Assembly (NCBI GenBank): GCA_964035545.1
Contig: OZ037770.1
Location: 15,056,642 to 15,120,641 of the forward strand
Reading direction: 5' to 3'
Length of the DNA: 64,000 nt
Source: Bugula neritina
Taxonomy: Eukaryota; Animalia; Bryozoa
A program made the translations under genes and the position numbers. Position 1 is the stretch's first letter, and every line of letters starts with the position of its first letter. A model generated the notes under the pieces. The model ran no database searches, was not told the DNA's origin, and saw only the letters and a program-made list of their open reading frames with translations. This document shows positions 11,301-23,300 of this stretch, in pieces.

Positions 11301-14300
11301 CAGTGGCAGGTTTCTGTCATAGTGGTTCTACAGTGTATCCTCGGACATTCTCTAACAGAGTGTTTGCTGTTTCTCAGGTTCCAGAATGTGCCGCAGAAGA
11401 CGAGACCCAGTCCTCTGTAGAAGTCAGTGCCTTGCCGGACACGACTGGAGAGATCACTAAGAGCTCAGTGGTGGTGGAGCGGATTACTCCCACACCTGTC
11501 GCTCCCCTCTCGGCGCCCGTCACGCCAGGAGACGAAGAGACCGAGGCAGTCGGTGGACAGGAAACAGTTGGCCAACAGGAAGCTGAGGCTGATAATAAAC
11601 ACAAAGTAGAAATAGTCGAGGAACCTAAGACTGAAGTCAAACCAGACGCTCCGTCTGTTAAAGAAACCGAGTCTAAGGTTGGCTCTCTACACTCTCTACT
11701 CTCTACTCTACACTCTCTCTACTCTACACTACACTCTACTCTACACTCTCTACTCTACACTCTCTACTCTACACTACACTCTCTACTCTATACTCTCTAC
11801 TCTACTCTACACTCTATACTCTCTACTCTACTCTACACTCTCTACTCTACTCTCTCTACTCTACACTCTCTCTACTCTACACTCTCTCTACTCTACACTC
11901 TATACTCTACACTCTCTACTCTATACTCTACTCTCTCTACTCTACACTCTATACTCTACACTCTCTACTCTACCCTCTCTACTCTACACTCTCTACTCTA
12001 CACTCTCTACTCTACACTCTATATTCTACACTCTATACTCTACACTCTCTACTCTACACTCTCTACACTCTACTCTCTACCATCTATACTCTTTTCTTAC
12101 TCTCTCCAGTCTCCACTCTACTAACTCTACTCTCTACTCTGTTTATAACCAATATGTAGCCCATGGTCTCACTCATTGTATTGTTACTTCATTACACTCT
12201 CACTAGAGATAGTCCCTGTAGATGTCCCATAGTGTTATAAGCTGTTCTTACGCCCACCTCACTACAGCCAGCTGTTGAGTTGAGGATGACACATGGTAGG
12301 ATTGATTGCCAAGTGACTTCATATAAAATTGCTATCTTTCATTGTGTTGTCAGGTCACGGTCATCCCTATTTCCACCCCTGAGGCCGTCCCTACAGACAC
12401 GCAGCTGATGCCCCCTCCAGCTACTCCACCACTGGAATCAGTCGAACCAGCAGCTCCGTCTTCTCCAGCTCCACCCACTGAACCAAAGACCGTCACTCTG
12501 GCTCCGTCGCCACTGAAAGCTCCTGGGAAGCTCAACAGCCTCAACACCGGCATGAAAGGCTCCAAGAGTGTCGCTGCCGACATGTCCAAGTTGTCAGCGG
12601 AGAGCAAGTCCTTCAGGGCCGATGACCAAGGTGCGGCAGTTCATGTGCTAGTTCAGCTGGTGTGCTGGGAACTGTAACAGTGTGACGCAGCACGCGCTAG
12701 ACAGGCATACTGCGTGCTAGGATGTTAGGAGTTACTTGTTGTAATGTTATGTTGAGCTGATTGTGGTAAAAGGCTACCTTCCCACAATGCACTGTGTGTT
12801 TCCTGTGGTGATACTCTCAGTTGATCTGCTGTGTTGTGTTCTGGAGAGTTGCTATTCCTTGTCTCTTTCAGATATGTCTAAGAAGGTGTACAACAGGGAC
12901 TTCCTCATCAGTCTACAGTTCATTGACCTCTCCAAACAGAAGCCTAAAGATCTTCCTAACTTTGCCGAGATTGTCATGTCGGAGCCGAACTCCAGCAGTC
13001 GGGACTTCAAGAGCATTCGACACGTGAAAGACTTTGACTTCAACCCCCACTACTTCAAACCTTCCGGTGTAAGTAGGGAACTTCCTGTACCACCTTCAAA
13101 CCTTCCGGTGTAAGTAGAACAGCTCTTGTGTGTGTGGAGGGAGGTTTTCTACTCTCAGTAGAAGTGGAAATTGATTAATATATCAAAAGAAGTTATATTC
13201 TCATAGACATGTTAAACTGGACCAAGATTATTGGAAGTAATTGAAGCTGTTGTTGTATTTATACCAGAGTTGCTATACGCAGCCAGCTCATTCATTCCCA
13301 TGCCAGCTCACGCCCACTATGCTTTATCAACTGATGTGTAGAAAGTTCTAGTAGTTAACTGTATTGAATCTGTCTGATGGAAATAGTCGTGTGTTTGTAG
13401 CTTCCCCACTCGTATCTAGCGGTAGGTACTCTCTTACTGTCAGTTGCCTTCACCTTTCCTTCAAACATTGTTTCAGTGTTTAACGTCCAGTCTGTATGCA
13501 ACCGTTGGCTGTCAGTTTCAGCTGTTCTTCCGTTTCCCTCTTGTCAAAGAACGCCGGCAGCGGTAAGCTCAGTCTCAGTAATGCTGCCGTCGGTTTTGTA
13601 GTCTCCCAGACCCTCCTCCAGCAAGCAGCAGAGAGGCAGCATGTCCCGGGAGAGCCGTGCCCCTCCTAAAAGCATAGACTATAAGCGCGAGGGAGCCAAG
13701 CTGAAGAGGTCGGAAAATGCCTGGAAGAAGGCGGAAAAGACGGAGAAGACGGACGATGAAGTCAAGTCAGCCGAGCAGAAGAAGGAGGAAATGCTGAAGA
13801 AGTTCAGAGGTCAACTTAATAAGATAACTCCGCAGAACTTCCAGAGTCTCAGTGAGAAGGTGCGTGTTGCTAGCGTCTACTTAGCTGATGGGTTCAACTC
13901 CCTTCACGTCTACCGAATAGTTTGATGTATTACAATGTATTAGTCACCAACTGCGCTGCTATGTTTGCAGATCTTAGCCCTGGGCATAGAGACCGAGTCA
14001 GAACTGGATGGGGTGATGCGGCTGGTGTTTGAGAAGGCCATAGCCGAGCCGGGTTTCAGCGTAACCTACGCTCAGCTGTGCCACAGGCTATCCAAGGTAT
14101 TGTCTACACTCTGCACACACTTTCCACTATTCCCACTATTGCTACTGGGTGTGACTTTACAACTCTCAATTAAAATACCTCGCTTCATCATCTGCCCTAA
14201 TTGTGTGGTCATTACTGTAAACACATGTGTCAGGCCTCCTAATTAACTCTTATTATCATAATATGGTGTGTAATTTGTGGTGGAGGGCTTTTTGATACAA

Positions 14301-17300
14301 TCGTGGCTGAAACTATGCTATGATGGATCACTACGCCCTGCCCTAAGCCGTTTGGTTGTGTGTTTTGCCTTAGGGATGGGGTTCTGTTATGATGTGTATG
14401 ATTAGTGAGCTATTTGACACAGGGTGTATCAGTGTTTTGTAATGTAATCTCTTCTTCCCATTGTTATTCTCCGTCCTCCATGCAGTGGGCAAGTACTGCT
14501 TTTTAAAAAAAATCTAGAAAGACAAAGAAATAAAATATACTGTGTCTACGGTTAGGATTTTCAGTGATTCCAGTCATTGGCATCAACGTGGTGGTCATCC
14601 ATCTTGTAAGCATCTCCGTATCCTGTATATCTGTTCTCTCCACTCAACCCACTCTTTTGGCAGGAGTTCAAGGTAACGGCCGATTCAGACCCGACTAACG
14701 AAGTGACGTTCCGTAAGTTGCTTCTGGTGCGCTGCCAGAAAGAGTTCGAGAGGTCAAATGATGACGACGAGGAGCTGGTTGTCAAGAGTAAGGCCCTGAA
14801 GGAGGCAGCTAGCGATAAGAAGTCGCAGCTTCAGGAGGAATATGACTCCTTCCTGTCCAAAGCCAGACGGAGGAAACTTGGCAACATACGGTAAGCTACT
14901 TCCTCGAGGATATTTCCGCTTTGTCCATAAATAAACTACGTGCAGTCAATTATAAAATATTGATGGATGTACAGTTTAAGTGTAACGCTGTGGAATCTCG
15001 TGCCAGGAACAGAAGTGATTTGTTAAATAGAATATCTATCTTGTGGCTTCGATTGTCAGTTGTTATGAGTTTCCATACTTCTAAATTCTTAAACCAAACA
15101 TTTAACTTGATGTAAACAATCAGTGATTGTTAGGTTACTGATTTCACATCCTTTTGCATGTGCTAAGTTTGTGGTAGTTGTTGTAATAGTGGTGATGTTT
15201 TCAATTCTCTTTGGAATGTATTCATATTACAGGCAGCTGCATACCATTGCTGTGTGATCTTCCACTTTTACATAATTTCCAGTGTATTAATGGTTCCAGT
15301 TTATTCATTTTCAGCAAAATGCAAATAATGCTCATTAAATTGCTGGCCCGTGCCCCTGGCTATAGATGAAGTTTAAATATTTATCAGCGATGGAACATGT
15401 CTGGTACCTCCATGCACCAACATCGTCACCAAACTCTCTAGAATTTATTGTGCATTATCTTTTCGCCAACATACAGGCTCTACCAACAAACACTGCCATG
15501 TTTTTCTATTTAAAACCATGCGGCCAACTCTCATGAATTATTCATGACTCTGTAACTGGGAGCTTTCTAGTTTCCATAATGAATATAATTACGTCTAATG
15601 AAAATACAATCTTGCACAATGTCCTCTCCACTCTTCACTCATGCATTTGATTATTCATTTTGACAAAACTTTGTTCAGCTAGCAGTAGAGCTTCGCTGCT
15701 TTTTATACATACCACTGCCTTTTACAAAACTCTGGAATGCCAGCGTGTTTGTTGGGAGGGTCTCTACTGAAAGTTGCTCTTGCATAATTTATTTTAAAAA
15801 ATTATTAGCAATTAGCTTTTTTGTAGTATAATTTCCTTTGTATCTTGAAAACAATGTTTAGCAATGACGTGAGGTAGTATTAGCTGTTTTGGCAACCACA
15901 CACCATTCTCTTTCATTCTAATAATTTTCTCTTCAACAATAACATGCTTAGAATTTTAATTTTAAATTCATCTTCATTACATTTTCATTCCTTTGATTTC
16001 GTAAATATAAAACAGTTTCAAGTTTTTAATTATTTTTGCGAATTCATCAGAAATTATTCAGATTGAAATATTTCTTGCAGCATTAATCACTACTTTTTTT
16101 CAGGTAAACATTTTATCATTAGACAGCAAAATAATAATACACCCTGTCAAATCACAAGAACATTTGCATACCTCTCATCTCGCTATTTAATAATCTATTA
16201 TCAATTTGATGTTAACAATAGAGCTCATGAAATTCACCACTTATTATGCATGTATGTAATGCTGAAGTTATTTTCCTATTTTAATAGATTTATAGGTGAA
16301 TTATACAAGCTTCAGATGTTGACAGGCAAGATTATGCACGACTGTATTGTCAGCCTGCTCAAGTCTACTGACGAGGAAGGCTACGAATGTCTGTGTAAAC
16401 TTCTCAGAACCATAGGAAAATTTCTAGACCAACCAAAAGCTCAGGTACAAACCCCAAACCCACTTCTCTATGCTCTGTAGACTTGCATGTCTCAGTTGTT
16501 CTCTATGCTCTGTAGACTTGCATGTTTCAGTTGTTTGAGTAAATTTCAAGGTCTAGTAGTTTGAGAATTCACTGGCAGAAATACTGTGAGTTGTCCTCTC
16601 ATATGGAAATGCTGTATTCCCTGTAGAATCTGATGAACCAGTATTTTGCTAAAATGAAGGAGTTGTCGCAGAATCCGAAGAAGGCTTCTTCCAGAATCCG
16701 GTTCGCGCTGAAAGACGTGATAGAACTGAGAGAGGTGAGTCCACATCTTGTCCTTCTGCAGCTGGTCCTTCTGCAGTTAGTCCTTCTGCAGCTAGTCCTT
16801 CTGCAGCCTTCTATCTCCGCTGACATGTCATCCGACAGCAGCAGCAGTTCTTAATGCAGATAAGCTCTTAGAATACAATATAAGCTCACTGGGGCCTGAC
16901 TTGGCTGATAATACTGCCAAAGCCAGCAGTGTGCTTTAAGATTTCTGGGGGGTTGCCAAATTTTGGAATTGCTTCAAGTTATTACAAAGCTTTGTTCTGG
17001 TGTTACTATGAGGTTGCCAGAGTTACTTGGTGCCATGACACAACGATATATTAAATAGATGGTAAAAACTGCTCATTCCTACTAGCTTACTCATAAACTT
17101 GTTTGTTCTACATCTTCAAATGCCCTGGGAATTGCAACTTAAAATGGTATAATAACCAGACAGTTTCTAAGAAATTGGCCCTTTAGCATCACCTTGATAG
17201 TGTGTTGGATCGTGCCACCCTCGGTGTAGATATAATTTCCTAACAATAAGATTCAAATTAAGTCTCGGATATCATAAAATGGATGAGCTATGATAGAAAT

Positions 17301-20300
17301 TTTCTTGGTGTGGACGTGACTGAAGAAGCAGGAGGTAGAGGTGTGGTGGGACATACTTCTGGCATCTTCTCAACTTCCATGTAATATAATGCCATAATTA
17401 ATTCAACAAACTGCTTTCACCATGCACTCAACAGACTGTCAAGTTTTCATTGTCATTGTCAAGTCTCTATTGCTTCTATTATTTTAAATTATTCTTTCCT
17501 GTTTTTATATAATGTATTCTAATTTAAATTCATGATTAACGATTCGGATAAAAGATGGTAACTTGAAGAGAAATTATTTAACCAACAAAGTTGAAGTGTA
17601 ACCAATAAGTATGCATTTATTGTAAACTTGACAGGATGCATTGTGGTTTGCAAAACTATGTACAACGTAGAGCCATTATAAAATTCTCTTTCACAGATAG
17701 ATGGACAGTAATGTAATGGTGTGCAGGGAAAACTAGGTTAACAGCAAAAAAATCTTCAACTAAAAATACATTGTGATTATTAGATATTTACAGCTGGACA
17801 GAGAACATTTAAGAAATAAAACTATACATGGGATCTTAGCACAAAATGTCAGTTCATAGCCAAAAGGCCGAGTCTATGTCGCTTTCTTTGAGCACAGTTC
17901 CAGTTACTGGCCCTTGCTCTTCTTTTCCTTCTGGATCTCGTAGTGCAGCTCTGCAACGTAGGGCTCTGTGGTTGTCTCTCTTCCCTCTTTCTGGATCTCA
18001 AACGCCAGTTCTGATATCAATGCTGGTTTCTTGGTGCGGCCATACTCTCTTCTGATCTCAAACTCCAGCTCTGGTATGAATGCCGGTCTTGCAAGTCTGT
18101 CTTGCTCCCTCGTCATTTCGTATTGAAGCTCTGGTGCATACAGCCGGGAGGATTTGGCTTGCAGGGTCCTGTGGTTGACCTGGTTTGCTCTGTAGTCTGT
18201 CTCAGTTTTGTGGATCTGTGGGGTGAAGAGGGCTGGCCCAAAGTAGTTGAATGCGAGAGCTGCCAGGACTAGGAGACCAAAGATCCAAGAGGCTGTTGTC
18301 CACAGTTTGGCTTGTCTTTGTTTTGCCTTAGCCACGAGAATGTTGCCACTTCTGTGCTCCGTCTGTGCAGAGAGAATGTGTAGGAGACCGATGGTGCTGA
18401 GGGGACCAAAGCAGCATATTGCTGAGAGAACGGAGAACACGTATTGGCCGGTCCATTTGTCCTTAACAATGCATTCTGTTTGAATTGGTACCTGCAGCAC
18501 ATCAAAACAGGTTTACAAACTGGTGGTAGACTAGCTCTTCCTAGCTTCACAAATAAAAAAAAATATATTGATTATTCTAATTATTGAATATTATATTATT
18601 AAATATTAAATTTTTATTTAAGAACACATTAGTGTGTTTCTCACCTTGTCAGTCATATCTATTGCCACTGGTCTGTTCACTGTTTCTTCTACGTATGGTA
18701 TAACTGAGAATACTGGTGTTCTCTTTTCAACCTCCTCACTTTTCTTGCTATCCAAGCTTGATCCTGGTTTCATTTTCTACTTTTATTTTAAAACAATCAC
18801 TGATATGTTTTATTAATAAGCAATTAGCTGTCTTTGTCCAACTCTCAATGCTTTGTGTTGTGTGTAACTTTGGTGAGGATTTAAATAGTCTTCTGGGTTG
18901 ACTGAGTTACAGTTGAGTGAGCAGCTGTTATGTGCCGTATCATGCTTGTTATTAGCCTGTTGACTATGCCATGTGTATTTCTACCTTACCAAATATCAAG
19001 CAACCAAATTCTAACCAACCAAATATCAACCAACCAAATTCCAACCAACCAAATACAGCACATGACCTAATGGTGCTTGTGTGGCTGATATTTTTGTATC
19101 TCTATCATATTATTTTCATCCGTAATTATCTACTCGTGAAGGTAACTAAATTTCTTCATAGCAGTTTTTGCTTCACTGCATTTCCATTGTTGGAATGGAT
19201 TCTTGTTAAATGACATAGAATGAAAAGCCACATGGTCTATTAATTCTGCCAACCATTTTGTGCTCCTTTAATGCAAACATGGCAAATAACAGTTCAGTTT
19301 TAGGTCATGTGTTTTCACATCACTTCTTTTACCTTGATGTTTGCTCAATTTGATTTATTATGCCATAAGCCATTCTACAACTATTACTTAACTTAGTATG
19401 TAGTGCAATACAAGTTTAGGCCAGCTGTTTGCAGAATGAGAATGCTTATCAATTCATTTCAGGCCTTATAATGTCTTGGCTTACTGGGGAAAATCACTTA
19501 ACTTCAAAATACTTGATAGTTATCTGGAGTAACAGCAGCTAGGATTAATAAAAAAAAGTTAAATTTTAAGTTCGTTATGTGTGGTACTGCACTTTCTTGG
19601 TAAGCTGTAAATTGAGATGAGATGCTGATAATCATTGTTTATTTTGTAACTGTTGCCATAATAGCTGATTTCTGCCATTGTTGAGCTCGTAGAGTAGTAC
19701 TGTGAAGCTAAGTAGCTGTTCCATTTATCTCAATGAACTGTTACAGTCCAATTAACTAGTTCTATGCTACACAGATATAACTTTCTCAGCAATAACCAGG
19801 TTAACTGTATTTAATTTCACCAGCTGTAATTTTCTTTAGGAGTAGGCAACTTCACTTTAACAAGTAATACTGTATCTTGCTAGTTGTCTGAAGATGCAAA
19901 TGAATAAAAAGCAGATAACTCCAAGTTAACCTCTTTTTTCATCTTGGAACAGTTTAGTGTCTTGCCTTTTCACGTCTTTCTGTCCTATTCTTCATCTTTG
20001 ATCATTGCAATATACTTTTTCTTGCATATTCTTTATTTATTTTTTATATGTAATATTTATATGTCAATTTTTGTTTTCTTTATTAGCTCAGTTTAAGAAT
20101 TTTTATAAAAGTGAAGTTACTAAAATATTTAAGCTTAAAAAGGAAGATCAAATATTTTGCTATGCTCTTGGTGAGTTTGTATCGGTCAGTGAAAAGGTAA
20201 AATAAGACTTCAAGTTTCAGTCTAGGTATAACTGAGACTTACTTTCTTATATTAAGCAAGCAGTTTATTTCATTTCACTCTAAGCTTAAAATTTTAATGT

Positions 20301-23300
20301 CTCTTTTGGTACATGTGAATAGCAATTTGTAACATAAGAATCTTAGTATATTATCTGTCCAATTGTATATATTAAAACTTCAATTTAGCTGCACGATGCT
20401 GAAGTTAAATTATTATGGCACTATGAATTTCATTTCATTCTCAGGCACTCTATCTGGTCGTATTTCAAATAAATAAACTGATACAAATAGTTTTGTTGCT
20501 GAGACAGCATTTTATTTCAAGTATATTATAATTAAATTTGTAAGAGTTAACATATAATATAAAATAATTATTCTTCTGTATATGTTTAACGTATTTATGT
20601 TAGTATTAGAAAGAATTTTCAGTTTGCTGGTATAAGTTAGTTGGTAGCCTCAGTTGAGTTGGCTGGTCTAATCTCTGCTGGTTGCATTGCCTCGTTCAGT
20701 TCTTTAACAAATCGTGAGGTTGTCGTGGAAGAAGTGCTGGAAGATGAACTGGATGTGGGTTGGCCGGTGGTGGTAGTGCTGGAAGATGAACTAGATGTGG
20801 GTTGAACAGTGGTGGTTGTGCTGGAAGATGAACTAGATGTGGGTTGGCCGGTGGTGATAGTGCTTGAAGAGGAGACTGTACTCGTGAATGGTTTGCCAGT
20901 GTTGGAGTTGGTGGGTTTGACTGGTGTGGCGAGTTCAGTTGTAGTAGATGTTGATTCGGTGATGGAGAAAGTCGAACTTAGTTCATCAGTGGTTGTTGCA
21001 TTTGATTCAGTGGTGGTAGTTGATTCAGTGGTTGAGGTGGTCAATTCAGTAGTGGTAGATGAAGTGCTAGATCCAGTAGTAGAAGTGGGTTCACTGGTTG
21101 TAGATGAAGTGCTAGATCCAGTAGTAGATGTGGTTTCACTGGTAGTAGATGTTGATTCTGTGGTTGAGCTTGATAGATCTGTAGTTGTGAATGGCTCAGT
21201 TGTAGAAATGGTGGTTGTACTGGGTGTGAAAGTTGTGCTAGAACGAACATCAGTTGTCTCAAAAGTCGAAGTAAAGATGCCATCATCGAAAAACTCTGGC
21301 TCAGTGTTGTCATCAAAATTGGGCTGGGTTGCGTCAGTGAATGGTACCCCTGTTTCAGTAGATGGTAATGGAGTGGTGGTTGTGGTACTGCTGGAGCTTG
21401 AGCTGCTAGTGCTGGTTCTGAATCTTCTTGTTGGATAGTAAGAGGTTCGGGGAATCATTGTTGTTCCATCTACATAATCCCAGAAATCTGCATCCTCTGG
21501 GATAACGGTCTCCGTAGGGAGAGGAGGGTAATAGTAGTCACTGAAAGAGCTTCTTGTCGGGATTTGGTACCAGAAGTAAATGAATCTGGGCGGCATGCTC
21601 GTGGAGCTTCTCATACCGTATGCAGGGGTGGAACTGTAGCGCCCTGTAGTGAAAGTGCTTCCAGTAGAACTGCTGCTTGTGGTTGTTGGTAAAATGGTGC
21701 TAGAATCACCAAAGCCTTCGTTGGTTGTGAAAGTGTCATCATATGGCTCTGGTGTGGTGCTCTTTTTCTGTGTTGTTGTTTGCCATGCAACAGCTTGAGA
21801 AGCTGAAGCAGGGTGTTGCAAGTGGTGGCGACTCACTGCTTCTCTTCGAGAATGTAAGCTTTTGTAACTCTTGCAAGCATAGGCCAACAGACATACTACA
21901 CCAATCAGAATCAACACTCCAACTATAACAGCAGCTGCAGTGCACCCCGCTGCCCTTCGCTTGTATTTCATAGCCTCGCGAACATTTCCCTTATTCCTCT
22001 CACTTCTGGCAGTGATGAAGTGCACCAGACCGATAACACTGAGTGGGCCAAAGCAGCATATGGTGCTCAAAATGGAGCAAATGTAATGGCCAGTCCATTT
22101 AGGAGCTTCCCTGTCCTGCAATGCAAAAAGTATTTATTGGTGATGATTACTATTTTGAAGCAAATAAGAGTATTAGTCAAAAAAAACATTATTAAACTCT
22201 CACCTGCTGTCCCACAAAAACCGTAGGCATTTCCACAGCCACAGGGGGCATGTCAACTTCCACCCCATTCTTAGCGGTTATGAACGAGATTATGGGCTCA
22301 TCTCCTAACTGATCACCAACTTTCGCATCAATCGTTTCTTCCTTTGCTTCAGTGGTTGCTGTGGGCTTCATCCTGAAATCTGCTGCTATATGTTACCTGC
22401 AAGGCTGTGAACTGATGTCAAATATTTTCTACTTCTGTTTGACAAAAAAACACTTGAGCAAATCACCAAGCTGTCTCCAGGTGGTTGATGGTTCTGCTCA
22501 GATCTTTTGTGGGAAATGAAATGAGAAGTTGTATGCTTGTTCTTTATTCTTTTCATGGGTCATTGGTTTCACATTTGGATTGGCTGAAAGTTTCGCAACA
22601 ATAATCTTGATTTATGCTGCTAGCTAACGTTAAGAGATTTACTTATTGAGGGGTGTCGCTGGTTGCCATGGCAAAACTCTGATAACTTGACCTACTTTGG
22701 AGTACCAAGAAACCTGCCGAGGAGGCAGCGAACTGATATATCTACAGATAAAAAACATATTGATCTCAAACCGTCTTTCTTCCTAAGTATTGATTCTAAC
22801 TAGGAAGTAATAATTGAAAGATTCGTTTGGTGCAACTCCCCATCTAATTATATTTATATGCTGTTCTTATATACAAACCAAGCTTACTCTCAATGTGTTA
22901 AAATTATATGCAACTGAAAACCTGCATGTAATAAACTTCATAAATCCCAACTGCTCACAAACTAGATTTGCTTTTCATTGTCAAGAGATAATATCTAAAT
23001 TAAGGTCATAGGCCAAGTCTCATCTCTCAACAACAAGCTACCATTAGCGAGTATAATTACCTTAATTTGATTGATCAGGATTATTTTGCATGTGAAACTT
23101 CCATGAATAATAATTGATTGAAATATACATCATGTAGTAGTGTGAGAACACATATATTAAACAATAAACATATATGCAGAAGCCTTGCTCTGTTATTGTA
23201 CCCTGTCAGTATGCAAATGAGTGGTGACTGCTCAACAACCAACTTGGCCTCTAAATTTGCACGAAAAGCTCCAAACTCTTGTTGCACTGAGGGCAACTAA

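Noticed and set aside
11679-12206. Long STLYSTL-type ORFs (and the tail of 11198-12124)
   Set aside because: Read-through of a stop-poor low-complexity repeat. The real exon ends at the donor at 11678.
20809-21438. 209-aa Val-rich plus-strand ORF
   Set aside because: Antisense shadow of the Thr/Ser-rich mucin-like exon.
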